DNA of 64,000 nt from Azolla caroliniana (lineage: Eukaryota; Plantae; Polypodiophyta), in NCBI GenBank assembly GCA_043228905.1, contig JBHGNT010000006.1, positions 18,848,001 to 18,912,000 of the forward strand, given 5' to 3'. Below the pieces are notes generated by a model. It was not told the DNA's origin and ran no database searches. It saw only the letters and a program-made list of their open reading frames with translations. Shown here piece by piece: positions 50,043-62,864 of the stretch; within the stretch, counting starts at the first letter, position 1, and each line of letters begins with the position of its first letter. A program made the position numbers and the translations under genes.

Positions 50043-51427
50043 TACTCGAAATGACCTTAGCGTGTTCTAAAGGCGGTTTTCCATTCATCTCCAAGTTTGA
50101 TCCGTACCAGATTGTATGCTCGTCGTAGGTCAATCTTAGACAAGATCCGCCCCATTCAAAGTCGATCCAACAACTTTGGGATGAGGGGCAGTGGGTAGCG
50201 GTTCCAAACAGTAATCTTGTTTAGAGCCTGATAGTCGACGCAGAGGTGTAAGGAGCCATCTTTCTTTTTCGTGAACAAAATGGGAGCCCCTACTAGTGAT
50301 TTTGAGGGTTGAATAAAACATTTTTCAAGGTTCTCTTCGAGATAAGTTCAGAGTGCTTGGAGTTCTAGTTCCAACAACCCATAAATTGGGCCGAAGAGAG
50401 GACTGGCACCTTCTTGTAGATCGATCAAACAATCGTAGGGTCGATGCTAGGGCAAGCGATCATCATTCTTTTTCTCAAACATTTCCCAAAGTCTTCATAC
50501 TTGGACGGTAGTGAGTCAGTAGTTGTCTTCATTGGACTACTCGCCTCATAGGTAATATGCATTATTGTCTTCATTGTGACTGGGACGTGAGCATCCGCCT
50601 TGGAGATGATTCCTACTTTAATGGAAGGGTGAGCGCCTAAAACCGATTTGTGTCATATTGTTGCTGCGACATAAGATACTGCTTGCACCTCCGAGCTGGT
50701 TTGTGAAAAAGTAATCGAGTGGTTGCGCCAATCGACAATTGGATTTTGTACCGTCATCCAAGACAAACCAAGTATGACCAGATGTCATGGTGAAGTGATA
50801 ACATAAAATGTTAAGACCTCTTGGTAGTTCCCGAGCTGACAATGGCTTCGATGACGGCTCCAAAATAGAGCATACGTCCATCAATAGCTTCCACTGGGAT
50901 TTGCTTAAACAATCAGACAACCGGAAATTTGTGTTTACAAACAAACGTTTCGTCCATAAAACATGTTGTTGACCTAGAATCAAGAAGTGCTAAGGACTTA
51001 ATTGAAATAGACTTGAAATGGATGCTTATCGAGAAGGAGAAATCGTTTGTAGATGTAGCGGAACGATGGGAGGACCATGAATGCGAATTGTCGAACCACA
51101 TGGCTCCTACTGTAGTTGGACATTGTCGTTTTTCTCGTTGTTTGTAGATAATTGTCGTTGATTATTTTTGGCTAGCCAAAAACGAATTAGATGGGTAGAT
51201 GCACCACAATATAAACATAGCCCATGGGATCAGTGATACCTCTGTTCAGCCTCGGAGGGTGGTGGGGCTCGAGCTCGATCAATTTCAACCGACACAACGT
51301 CATCGTACAATGACGATAGAGGAACATCAAAAAGAGATATTGAACCTATATGTATTGGTGTTTACATCAAAATTTTATGTTTGATCATTCGGCTAGACTA
51401 ATTGACTACATTGACTATATGTATTGG

Positions 51428-51933
51428 TGTATGAGAGAAGAAGAGAGAGAGTCAACACAAGGTAGGCAGAAAACTATATTTCACAAGAAAGGTTATTGAA
51501 TATTTAAAAATGGAGAGAAAGTTCTTACATAGGAGTTACATCAATAAAACACCCTCTCAAGAAAAGGGGAAAACTTACTACCTTATAACTATGTGTCATA
51601 GCAGTTACATCAATAAAACATTCGTTATTGTTATATAGTAGTGGTGTGTTCACACACTTGTATATTCCCAAGTTGTGTTCACACAACTATTTATTCTCAA
51701 GTTGTGTTCCCCTCTCAGGTTGTGATGATTATTTGTCCCCAATAATTTTGTAGTCAACTAGTCTACTCCCATCTAAGCTTATATGGGCCGACTAGTCCAG
51801 TCCCATTATGAAGGTGTGATGCATAAGTGAACCACCATAGTGAGATACTCTCATATGTAATAGAAAGTTCCTTTTCATATTTAAATCGATATGATAATAA
51901 ATCCATATGCCTATCTAATTGATATTTCTAACA
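51428..51933 (-). mobile_element. Probable additional LTR remnant
   Basis: Begins TGTTAGAAAT on the minus strand with a TATA-like site and CT-rich end; no TSD confirmed. Confidence 0.4.
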
Positions 51934-53249
51934 AAGGTGGTGGCTCCGAAGCCCAAACCACCATTGCATACGTGGAGAAGGGGCCACTAATATGTTGAAG
52001 AACCACCACTTTGTTCATGACTCTTGGATATGTATGCATGGTGACATTGTCTATCTAAGAGGGATGCTTATTGTTGGGAATATGGAACCAACGACAACCA
52101 ATCAACAAACAAATAAAAAAGGACAACAAAAATCAAAAACAAAAAGGCCCAAAAACCCAAAAACCCTAAATGAGAAAAAAAGCTATGCGAGCCCATAGAC
52201 TCCAAACAGAATCACTATTTTCATCCAATTCCCATATCCAACTCTTGTCTAGATTGATCAGCTTGTGGCTAACCCTTAGCCAATTGACTACTGGTTGATA
52301 CGCTGATATCTTGTATCTAGTTTCAAGTCAAGACAAGTCGGTTGTTATTTAACTATTTCTCCAGATCTGGCATTCTTGCACATCCCATCAAAAGGGACCA
52401 CCTATCCCAACTTGTATCCTCTCCTTAGTCTATCTTTTGCTGCCCATTTCATGAAAAGTTGACCCAAGCAAGCACTAAAAATGACAAAATATACATAAGA
52501 TCAAACTGCCTCAACTTGTCTATCAAATAACGTTTGGATACATTTAAATAGGAAATAAAACCGCACTTGGTTTGAGGAACTGCCTGCCTATCCTGTTTTT
52601 AATGATTAGTATGGTCCCTAAAGTGTTGCTGATCCCTGAGATAAATCGCTATTAGAAGATACATCGCATCAGCTATATTCATCAATCCCATCAAGCTAAA
52701 TTCCTGGAAAGGAAACGAACCTATTTCAATCGATCCTGTCTACATGGGTATGAAAATCCGATCTAGTGCGTAGAAACTCTGTGCCTTTGTACATTAGTCA
52801 TCAGATTAATTCATCAATTACATTAACATGCCAGTGCACATCAAAGTTTCCATTAAGCAGGCATTCTAATCGGTATTGAACTGAAAAGGGAAAGCTAATG
52901 GTTGATAAAGATCAAACAGCGGTCACCATACTTGATGAATGAGTAGAATTAACAGTATGAGCTAACAACAAGAATTTACTCAAGCAACAATCGGAAAGCT
53001 CATTTGAGATGGAGCATCCGAAACGATTTCTTGAGAAGAAGAACTATCTCTCTGCATCGCATCAGGAAGAAAAGACAGGGCCCTCCCCACAATCCCAACC
53101 TCTCCCGACCACAACTTAATCCCACTCGGAGAGACAGAATTAAGAAATGAGACTTAGAGAGAGTCGGACAGAAGAGAGGACGTCGATCCTTCACAACCAC
53201 CGCACAAAAGATTGCGGCGGGACGCAGAGATGAAGAAGAAACTCTGTTT

Positions 53250-53412
53250 TCTAGGGTTTCAAGGCTTTCTGTATACGTAAGTATGTACTCCCACCATTCC
53301 CGTAGTAGTATTTATACAGATAGCCAAAAGAAAACCCTAGAAATTAGTATTTATACAGAAAGCCACAAAACCCTAAAAACAGAGGGGTATGGTGTGGTGT
53401 GAAATGGGCCCC
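53250..53412 (-). promoter_or_regulatory. Pol II promoter-like cluster: site II (TGGGCC), telo-boxes (AAACCCTA) and two TATAAATA boxes
   Basis: TGGGCC near 53404; AAACCCTA at about 53252 (minus), 53332 and 53368; TATAAATA on minus at 53309-53316 and 53348-53355. Confidence 0.5.
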
Positions 53413-55047
53413 CTTCTGTCCATGGCACCTTGAAATGGACTGTAATTTATACCCGAAATGTGGATTAATGAACGAATCCCCGTCTTGAACCTATGTTTCG
53501 TGCACAATCTTTATATGTTACTCAAGTATACATTTCTTATTGTGTTAACGAGTATATTCAACATTGAGGAAACTCGCCTAAGCTCATGACCCTTTGGCAA
53601 AGCATATGATTTGACCCGAGGACCTAAGCTACAAGTTAACAATGAAGATTTAAGCTAACCTCATTGAGGTGTCAAATATCTCTATTTGAATGTTGCAAGA
53701 CATATTGGTTTGACGAGGATCTTGCTAACAAACATGTTGTGTTGATTGCATACCATGTACTATCTGAAGTCATATTTGGTGGTATGGGATGTCATCAGCA
53801 TTCAAGATACATCTCAAATCCTTTGCTTGCATGTGGTTGCGAGGAGAAGTGGCCTTAATGAAGTTCCTTCCTTTAGTTATAGGTTCATTTGCTTAATCAT
53901 TACATGTCTCTTTTAGTAAAACATAAAAATCTAGAACAATAAACATTCCTAGGGATTGGAGAGAGAAAAAGGCCATATGGCTCAAAAGACAGAGGTCTAC
54001 TATTGATACAATCTGATGAATTCACTCAAGGGGATGTTGCAACAAAAACACCCACAAAGTGAGAGCCTTAAAACCTAAACACAAGGGTCTAACACAACAT
54101 TTGTGAGTTGATATTTCGGATTGCCTTTGGTATGTTAATTGCCAATTACAAATGCCACAATGATCTAGTATGACTAATCACAATTGAGGTTTCTTGTCTA
54201 CTAAATAAACTACTCAAGCACCAACTGTAGAGATCAAGCTCCCAAAATTTGTTTAAACAATAAATTATACCAAAATCTTTGTAGCTCTCTCCAGCTTAAG
54301 CCAGTACATCAAAATCAAAACTTGGGAGAGATGCATTAACATCCCAAAGACAGAACAAACTATCAGAAGTGGACAATGTTACCACAGCTATGAGAAATAT
54401 CAAATGATAGAAACTGACTAGAGATGTCCAAACTGCATTAAGGTTACATATTTATTGAGACAAAAAGTAATCTGGAAGGTCTATACTCTAGGATGCTAGT
54501 AATGATCAAGACTCGTAAAAGTGGTAGTCGGGTTTTAAAACGAAAGTTTTGATTTCTTCAATCATATTCTTTTGCACTACTAGTATCCTTAGTACATTTT
54601 AACAAAACAAATCATATACAACAAGACAACTGAAAGGAACAATGGCTCAAATGTTTCTCTACTTTCCCTCTCTCAGACTCTTTTTTCATGAAACTAGTAT
54701 CACTGTCTCTACACTTCTTCCTATTACTTCTTCATGAACCCTCCTGGATGTGAACTCTAGCAAAATCTTCATGGTTAGCATATTTATAAAAGCAAGATTG
54801 AACCTTAGCATACTTGGAAATATTCATGCTAAAGTTTTTGTGGCATTTTGAAAAAATAAGATGGATGATAATAATAACAATACCAACCAATATAGAAGAT
54901 TTAAGTACACTCAAAATTTGAACTCATAATTAATTAAAAACGGCCAAGAAAACCAAAATTTCATCATGATGGCACTGTTGCATTGCATTCTCATTCAGTT
55001 CCATTTTCACTACTTATTACCAACTAAAAAGAGAAAACTTTCCATAA

Positions 55048-58000
55048 TCATGATGCTGATGCTGCTACTTCTGATTTGCTCTGCTTTGATGGAGGCTCTT
55101 CATCTCCACCATCATTGAATCGCTCATGTTTCCCAGTATGTCGATCATTATTATTACTAGCCTTATCTCTCCCATTATCATTGTGTCGGCCCCGTCCTTG
55201 AAACCTGTTTCGGCCACCCCTGAAAAATGTATTTTGAAAATATCTCTTGATTAAAAATGCATATTTGAAGACCACTACCATTTCGTAAACATATTTATCT
55301 CCATAAAAGAAAGGACAAATGTATGGATGTGTAGGGCAAAATGCACGTGCATTTGGATGCATCTCTTAATCAAAGGCATATTTTAAATACATGTATTGAT
55401 GATAGCAGATGCATTGCATATGTGAAAGCATATCTAGTCTATTTGAAAACTCTCTTAATAAAAGGCAAAGAATGTGTACTTCAAGACATCTGTTGATGAT
55501 AAAGGGAAGCATATCTAGTGTATTTGAAACTCTCTTAATAAAAGGCAATGAATGTGTATTCTAAGACATCTGTTAATGAAAGGTAAACATATCTAGTGTA
55601 TTTGAAACTCTCTTAATAGAAGGCAATGAATGTGTATTTTAAGACATCTGTTAATGAAACGATCAAAATGACAATATGAGTGTATTTAGAGAGCCTGATA
55701 TGCATATGAAAACATGCCTCAATAAAAGATAAATGCATAAATGGGTTGCTTTGTTTTGTTTTGTTTCTTTGACAGTAGAAGCACAATATGAAAGCATGTC
55801 TTCATATGGGGGAAACCTTTGATTTTTCTCAATGCGAATTTAAAAATTTATAGATATGTCATTCTAAGTAGGACAAGGTTAAGTAAGCAGAAACCTTTGA
55901 GGTCTGTCATATGATCCTCTGCCTCTTCCATGAAATGATCCCCTACCACCACTGTCTGAACGTACTTTATCTTGGAAAGCACGAACTTTTACCCAATATT
56001 CCTTTTCAGCTTCCGCTGCATTAAGAAAAAGAGATCCGGTGACGAACGCAAACATAATAGAGATTCTCAAGTATGTACATCATACACTTCATAATAGAGA
56101 TTCTCCGAAAGCTAGTTAAATAGGGAAAAGATGTAGTTAGCACATGCATCTAGCCCACACAATATAACACGCCCTATATCAGGACACTTGCCAAAGATAC
56201 ATGCAGTATTCAACAGGAAACCATGCATGATACATGAATGTGCATATGAACCTTTTCTGGTTTGCAGGTATTCCATAGAGAACCTCTTCCACAATAGAGA
56301 TTCTCAAGTATATATATTATGCACTTTATTTATATCGCCACAAGATACATTCAGATAGCTAGTTAAACAGGGAAAAGGATTACTTAGCACATCATCTAAC
56401 CCGCACATAATATCACACCCCCTATATCAGGACACTTCTCATGGACATATGCATTACTCAGAGGAAATCATGATATAAATGTGCATATGAAACTTTTTTC
56501 GTTTGTAGGCCACTTGGACAAATTATCTCAATTTTTACCATATTACCGCCTTACCCTTTACTCCTACACTTGGGTTTTAAATTTCACTAACTTATTTCAT
56601 GATAGTTCTGAACGTAGGGATTGAACATGTGACCTTCTGATCTCTGACAAACAACCTTACCAATTAGGCTTCATCTATTTCTTTTTCCTTCGTATATTAA
56701 CTACATTATATGATACATCACTATACTGATGCCAAATCTCATGATCACCGTATGGCATACCACAAAGTGATGAAAACATAAAAGACAGAACAACTGAAAT
56801 AGAGAGTTCTAAACAACAAGGACATAAATGCACATCATATACCATGTTAGGCATGTAAAGGAACTTGTGTTCCTTTATCACCATCGCAGGATCCTAAGTT
56901 AGTTATCACACTAATTGACTACACTATTGGTCTCCAGTTTTGAGTGTAGGTTCTGACATTGAATAACTTCAATTCTTTTACAGTAAAATGGGTTATGTTT
57001 GACCCTCATTGGTCGTTAATATATCACATCATCATCTCTCTCTCTAGGATCAAAACACACCTTCAACAGGTTCTAGCATTGCAATGTGATCTTTCACCGC
57101 GATTCCTCCAGCTTCTGCTAATACAGCTGCCATTCGCGCCTTTTTAACTGATTCAGGATCCTCGAACCGGATAAATCCAGAGGTTTCACCTCGTTTGAAA
57201 TCAATATACTGGTCAACCCAATCAAATATACAACTCTATCAGAATTTCGATTACCATAAACTCAAAGAAATGTGTCAATTATGTATGTAGAAAAATAAGG
57301 ACACACCTTTATGATCCCGTACACTTTAAAAGCATCTCTTATATCTTCTCGTACAAGTAATTCACGATTTTCATCACCTTTGTCTTCGTTTCTAGGGACT
57401 GTAGAATCTTTCTTTGTAGCGTCTTCTTCCTTGGAGAGTGCTTCTTCCTTGGAGGGTGCTTCTTCATTGGAGGGTGCTTCTTCCTTGGAGGGTGCTTCTT
57501 CCTTGCAGGGGGGTGCTTCTTCGATTGAAGGTGCTTCTTCCTTGGAGGGTGCTTCTTCATTGGTGGGTGCTTCTTCCTTGGAGTCAGCTTCTGTCATTTT
57601 CATATCAGTATTTTCCTGATCCTGAGCTCCATTATTGCTCTCAATTTCATTCTTCTCTTCTGCATTCTTCTCAATGGCAGCAGCAGCATGATCTGTTTTA
57701 GCCTTATCTACTGCGTTCTCTGACCCCATCTTCTGAAGAGAGAAGGCTACAATGACACCCTTTGGATAGAACATTTCCTCGGGTTCATGCTTATTATTCA
57801 TGCTAATTGTCATTGAAAAAAGATTAGATTAGTAAATGATCGTATGCTTCTAGAGTATAATGCACTTGAGCTCTGACACATACCTCTTACTTAGATTAGT
57901 AAATGATGGTATGTTTCTAGCGTGTAATGCACTTAAGTTCTAACACATACCTCTTATTTCTGTTGTCCTTTTGCTGTATTGGGTGTTTGGCCATTTCAGC

Positions 58001-60463
58001 ATCAAAATCTTTCCTACAGATACATAAAATAGATTATAACTGCAACAATGTAAATCCTTCCTAGAGATATGCAAACTAAACTATAGTCATAATAATCAGC
58101 TGCTAAAAATAGAACACTTTGCCTTGAGCAATCAGAAGTCAAGAACCTTCTACTTCAAAATCTGGAACTGAGGGAAATAAACAGAACTTATGCATTGCAA
58201 TTTCTGTTTCAAGACATATATCTACCAACTAAGGATACAGTTTCAATCAAGAACTTAAAGCATTCAAATGATCTTATTATAGTGCACATCCAGATTCTAA
58301 AACGAGTGAGAATGTTTGAATGTTGGCCATATCTAATATTTACAACCACAATATGAGATGCAATTAGGAGCTTGAACTTCAAAGTTCGGTAGAAAGGTAA
58401 AACTAATAATTAAAACAACGAGTTTCTGATGAGATCTTCCTCACTTTGTAATTATCTCCAATTCAATTCCATCATACACTGTCTTCAACTCAAGAAGCTT
58501 ATTTGCTTCTTCTTCCGATGTAAGCTCTATAACAGCAGACCCAGTAAAGGCTTTGCCACCTGGATAGCGTGGTAACCGCACACTGTTTACCTGTAGTTTA
58601 ACAAATATGTATAAAGTGGAGAAAGAAATTACCAAATGACAATTATATTATTCATACAAAAATATATATACACATACATGGATACAGATGGTGCACATAG
58701 ATTCATATACATAAAACCATGGATATATATACATACATTTACAAGACATACACATAGAATATATATACATTTACAAGTCATATATACATAGAATATATAT
58801 ACATTTACAAACATATATATACACATTCATTTACTTACATATTTATATGTACCCATACTAAATATATGTAGCATACCTTTGCATGCTTGGAGAAAAAGCT
58901 TTGCATTTCTTCCATTGTCACATTCCATCGGAGAGGTCCCGCAGCTACACTTCGGGCATCTACTGCAGCTTGAATGTCCTCAGGTTTTAATAGCGGATCA
59001 ACACGCCCAACTCTCTGGCCTGATGTGAAATTAGAACATGTAGGACTGATGAATAAGTCACATTGTAATACCAATATTGCAAAGACGACAAATATAACAG
59101 GAAGCAGTTGCTTCAGATGAAAAGAACCGACATGAAACATGAGGTTGTTTAATAAAAAATCCAAAGAACTTCTGATTTGGTAGGGGAACACAAATATATA
59201 TTGAAAGGGTCTTGAATTTTAGTAGGGAAGAACTTTCAAATACCCCTGAATGTTTCTTTATTTACCCAACGCCAAAAGAGATGTCAGATTGAATGAAGCG
59301 ACTTAGAAGATATAAAAGGTTTCGTCGCATTCTTGCGTTAATGCCCTCTTTATTTTCTCTCTTCCCAAATTCCCTTGGTAAAGAGAGAAAAATGGGATGA
59401 TATGGCCATATAACTGCTCAAGCAGCACATATAGTTGAGAGGAAGCTGATGAACTGACCATATAGTTCAGCAAATGCAGATATAAATCCTCTTTTCCAAG
59501 ATTGACCAAGGACATTTGGGAAAATCGTTAATACTATGTATGTGCGGGTATAACCGAGGGTAGTTCAGAGTTTCTCCTTTTTATGGCCATCAGTAGAGGG
59601 TTAGAAAGATTGAAATTTACCATCCTCAGATATTCTTAATACAGAAGACTTGCGAAGGACTTCAGCTACAGCTGCAGTGAAGTCAGCAGGCACAGCATCC
59701 GGACCTCCAGTCTCTTTTAAACCAAGGTGACCTCTCATCCGTTGGAAAGAGCAGATAAGGGGAAGACTTATAACTGATCATAGATGGGTAGTTAGTGTCA
59801 AGGATCGAAAGCAGTGGGAGGAACATAAACTTCATGTGTGGCAATATTTTACTGAAAAAAAATCTGAATTGTATGTAATCATCTTATTATACTCAAAGGA
59901 TACGACCATCTTCACTCTCTTCGAGGCATTTACGCAAAAATTTGTCGCCTGGTAGATTACTGTCACTGAAGTAGAACTCCACCTGTAACACAATTCTTTA
60001 TCTATGTCTCTCTCTCTATATATACATACATACATACATACTCACACACACACACATACACATATCAAACCAAATCAAACATCATTGTTGTCTTTCATCA
60101 AAGATTTCTTCAACGTTGCATATCCTCTCTCTCAAAATACAAAAATAATATAACAAAAAACACAGTTCTCTTCATTGAATGTTTCAAAGAAAAATAATGT
60201 CCTCCCCCTCAAAAATAACAACAAAAAACATAATTTCTTCGTCAACTGTTTCTTAGAGATGCCATATCTTCTCTCGCTCTCTATGTATGTGTGTGTGTCT
60301 ATCTTCTTCATCGAATTTTCTTAGAGATACTATATCCCTCCCAATCTCTGTCACCCTGTAAACCAGAGCAGAGCAGAAAATGCAGAGAGGAGAGTGTGAG
60401 TTAGGAAACACATACCTGACGAAGGATTTCGGCGGAAGCTTTGTCGTCGAAGGGAAGACCCAT
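55048..60463 (-). CDS. LA1: La protein (La motif, RRM1, RRM2, RG-rich tail), 10 coding exons, 522 aa: 60463-60416, 59982-59904, 59773-59621, 59019-58877, 58590-58445, 58013-57951, 57802-57307, 57208-57061, 56015-55895, 55219-55048
   Basis: ILRQVEFYFSDSNLPGDKFL La motif, ICSFQRMR, VNSVRLPR, YPKGVIVAFSL, YIDFKRGETSGFIRFEDP, AEKEYW; all introns are GT-AG and the phases join in frame (1569 nt). Confidence 0.95.
55426..55660. repeat. Three tandem copies of about 75-80 bp in La intron 9
   Basis: CATATCTAGT(G/C)TATTTGAAACTCTCTTAATA...AAGACATCTGTT three times. Confidence 0.85.
56065..56510. repeat. Duplication of about 230 bp in La intron 8
   Basis: ATAGAGATTCTCAAGTAT...GCTAGTTAAA...CCCTATATCAGGACACTT...TGTGCATATGAA appears twice. 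Confidence 0.75.
56600..56675 (-). mobile_element. Degenerate tRNA-derived SINE head or tRNA pseudogene in La intron 8
   Basis: A box AGCCTAATTGG (56660-56670) and B box TGTTCAATCCC (56617-56627) at tRNA-like spacing; no complete cloverleaf. Confidence 0.5.
57421..57582 (-). repeat. In-frame 18-bp coding minisatellite, about 9 copies of EEAPSK-like units, in La exon 7
   Basis: SKEEAPTNEEAPSKEEAPSIEEAPPCKEEAPSKEEAPSNEEAPSKEEALSKEEDA. Confidence 0.95.
59774..59903 (-). other. U12-type (minor spliceosome) GT-AG intron, La intron 2
   Basis: Donor GTATCCTTT; branch site TCCTTGAC at 59797-59804 about 23 nt before the AG; no strong polypyrimidine tract. Confidence 0.88.
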
Positions 60464-61115
60464 TGATACGCGAGAAACCAAGCTCTGAAAGAAGAAGAGG
60501 AAGAAGAAGAAGAGGAGGAGGCGGAGGAAAGGAAGGAAGGAAGGAAGGAAGGAAGGGTGAGGAGGAAACCTCTCAAATACAAAAGCCCTTCCCTTCTCTT
60601 CTGCTATTCCGCTATATACATACATACATATATACATACATATATGTACTTACTCTATTCTTACTGCTGCTAAATCCTCCTCCTTATTTCGTTGAACCCT
60701 CTAAATATATCATTTCCCTTGCCCATACATACATACATACATACATACATACATACATAAAATTTCCTTCTATCGCTTGCTATGGGAGGCAGGGATTTGT
60801 CGACCGCAACCCTCCCCCAAACCGGATTGGATCGGACCGGACCGGACCAAACCAGAAGATGCCCCCATACTCGAGCACACATCACTATCCTCGCATTCCA
60901 AGACTCCCTTGGCATAGTTGCCCCCCTCCTCTTGTGGTTCGACATCCTCACTCTACTCTCGAGAATAGACACTGCCAGAAAGCCCGTGACATTTTGCTAC
61001 CAATTTCTTCCTTTTTTTAGTGACACTTTTATTATTAGTGGGAAACCTCAACGCGAGGTGAAAGCCCACAAAGAATAAAGAGAAGTATACAACTGTCGAT
61101 TAGACACTAAAGAGC

Positions 61116-62097
61116 TTAGAAGCACTCAAAGTAAAGAGTGTAAATTTGCAGTGTGATGTATCTAAGTTGAAGACAATCAAATAGAGATTGCTTGAGGGAT
61201 TCCTTAAAGAAGTTGATCAAAGACCTTATTATTGTGGGTCCTCCAAATGGTTCAGAGTGCCCAAAATCTTGTCCCTTGGAGAAAATAGGTATTGTTGGAT
61301 AGGACGCACGGAATTTGTCCAAATAGCCAAAAGTGCTCCCCAAACCTTTGCCCAGGAAATCTATGAGAACGAGATGCACTTAGTCTTTGTACCAATGGTA
61401 TAGTGAATGAGTAAGTCCATAATAAGTGTGGTACTATTTCCGATCGTCCACCACATCGAAGTTGGTCGCTCACACAGGCTCAGGATTCTGCTCACCACCT
61501 ATTCCCAAGTTGGAAAGTCTTTGTGTAGCGAATTCGAGGCTGCATCATTTTCTCCTTCGATGTAAATCCAATACCCGTGCCCAAGCAGGTACCAGCGCAT
61601 CTTGTACGACCAAGATGCGTAGTTGCTCCCATCAAAAGTGAGCTTCCCATGCCTCTGTCCATGTTCCTGTCTTTTCTTCTCTAGAAGTCGAAGGCTTATC
61701 TCTATGCTTGTTCATGTGTTCGCTACAGAGGATTTTTATAACCCTTGTGCTCTGATACCATGTAAAAGATTATGTGTGCAGAAGTGTTATGTGCAAACAC
61801 ATCTGACTTGGCTGGACAACAGAAAACAGACAAGTTAGGTAAACACAAAGTAGGAGAGAGAGTGAGCAGACACAAAACTTCTATTGCAAGTCCTTAAAAA
61901 GGATTGACAAAAGTACTGACACGTACTTTAATGCTCATTAACTAAGCCTGACATTAATTAGCCAATAATAGGCCTATTTACTAAAATAGGCATCTAGGCT
62001 CCCTAATGGCCTGTCGGATTCCATCCGACTCAACCAACCGATTCGCCTTATGGCTTATTCAGCTGATTCGGCCCATGTTGAGCTTGTTTACTCAACA
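61116..62097 (-). mobile_element. Truncated copia: LTR 61761-62097, Met PBS and gag fragment
   Basis: PBS TGGTATCAGAGC at 61749-61760 (minus); DGSNYASWSYKMRWYLLGHGYW gag motif. Confidence 0.88.
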
Positions 62098-62332
62098 TCT
62101 CCAACCAAGGGTTCACACAATGCCAATCAAACATCCATACCGGTTGAAGAAACTGAACCGATCATTTTGACACCAAGGAGATCTAGATGAATCCGAAAGC
62201 CGATAGAATTTTATCAACCGAGCTTAGACTACATCAACTATATGGACACTGGTGAATCATGCTCATATGAAGAAGTTATAGCCATGCCGGATGCCAATAC
62301 ATGGCGAAAGCCATGAAATCTGAGATGGAGTC
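62098..62332 (+). pseudogene. Copia pol fragment (INT-RT junction)
   Basis: Frameshifted GESCSYEEVIAMPDANTW..AMKSEMES resembles the EP..Y.EA...W..AM..E start of copia RT. Confidence 0.65.
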
Positions 62333-62693
62333 TATTGAGTGGACAAGCTCAACATGATCCGGATTGACTAAATAAGACAAGAGTCGGATCAATGTTTGGT
62401 AAGGTGTGCCGGATTCGAGAGCTGGATCAGTGTCCGATGAGGTGAACCGGATTCGGGAGCCGGATCGGAGAACAGGATCCATGTGCAAACCGGTAGGCTG
62501 TTGGAGGCATACGCTCTTAGTCTACTAGGTAGTTATGGTTCTAGGAGTTAATGTGAGTAGCTCAATACGAGCATTGAAGTATTTGCCAGTACTTCTATCA
62601 GTCCTTTTAAGGACTTTTATAAAAAGTGCTCTAAAGCACATTTGTATGTACAGAGTGTTGGGTATTATTTTTGACATAGAGTTTTACTGTTCT

Positions 62694-62745
<52 letters not shown>

Positions 62746-62864
62746 CCACGTACACTCTATGTGTTTCAAGCTTTCCATTAAACTTGCATATATTTTCTGT
62801 TGCTATCCGGCATAGCCGCTTGTGTCTATACACTTCCGCACATAACTCCTCACATGGTAGCAGA
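62333..62864 (+). mobile_element. Copia 5' LTR (62333-62854) with a truncated PBS
   Basis: TATTGAGTGGACAAGCTCAAC start, CTCACA end, then TGGTAGCAGA (Met PBS with one mismatch). Confidence 0.75.

Larger units (their letters stand above)
45792..51417 (-). mobile_element. Second decayed Tcn1-like Ty3/gypsy chromovirus (G2)
   Basis: 3' LTR 45792-46214 (TGTCA...TGACA), 5' LTR fragment about 51322-51417; PR LLDS, RT VVIYLDD, RNase H ETDASN, INT SMDFITDLP and GPF motif. Confidence 0.88.

Noticed and set aside
52320-52432. TAS3-like locus (tasiARF-like and miR390-site-like words)
   Set aside because: The matches are weak and lie on opposite strands.
53277-53284. U1 snRNA 5' end (ATACTTAC on minus, about 30 nt after a TATA box)
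   Set aside because: It does not continue with CTGG or the U1 stem-loops, and there is no convincing USE at the right spacing.
53288-53380. Telomerase RNA gene (TCCCACCATT, TATA, AAACCCTA)
   Set aside because: USE-TATA spacing is too short for a Pol III type-3 promoter and the template-like match is no longer than an ordinary telo-box.
60253-61078. Long ORFs around the La first exon
   Set aside because: Microsatellite-derived low-complexity frames; only 60416-60463 is supported as coding.
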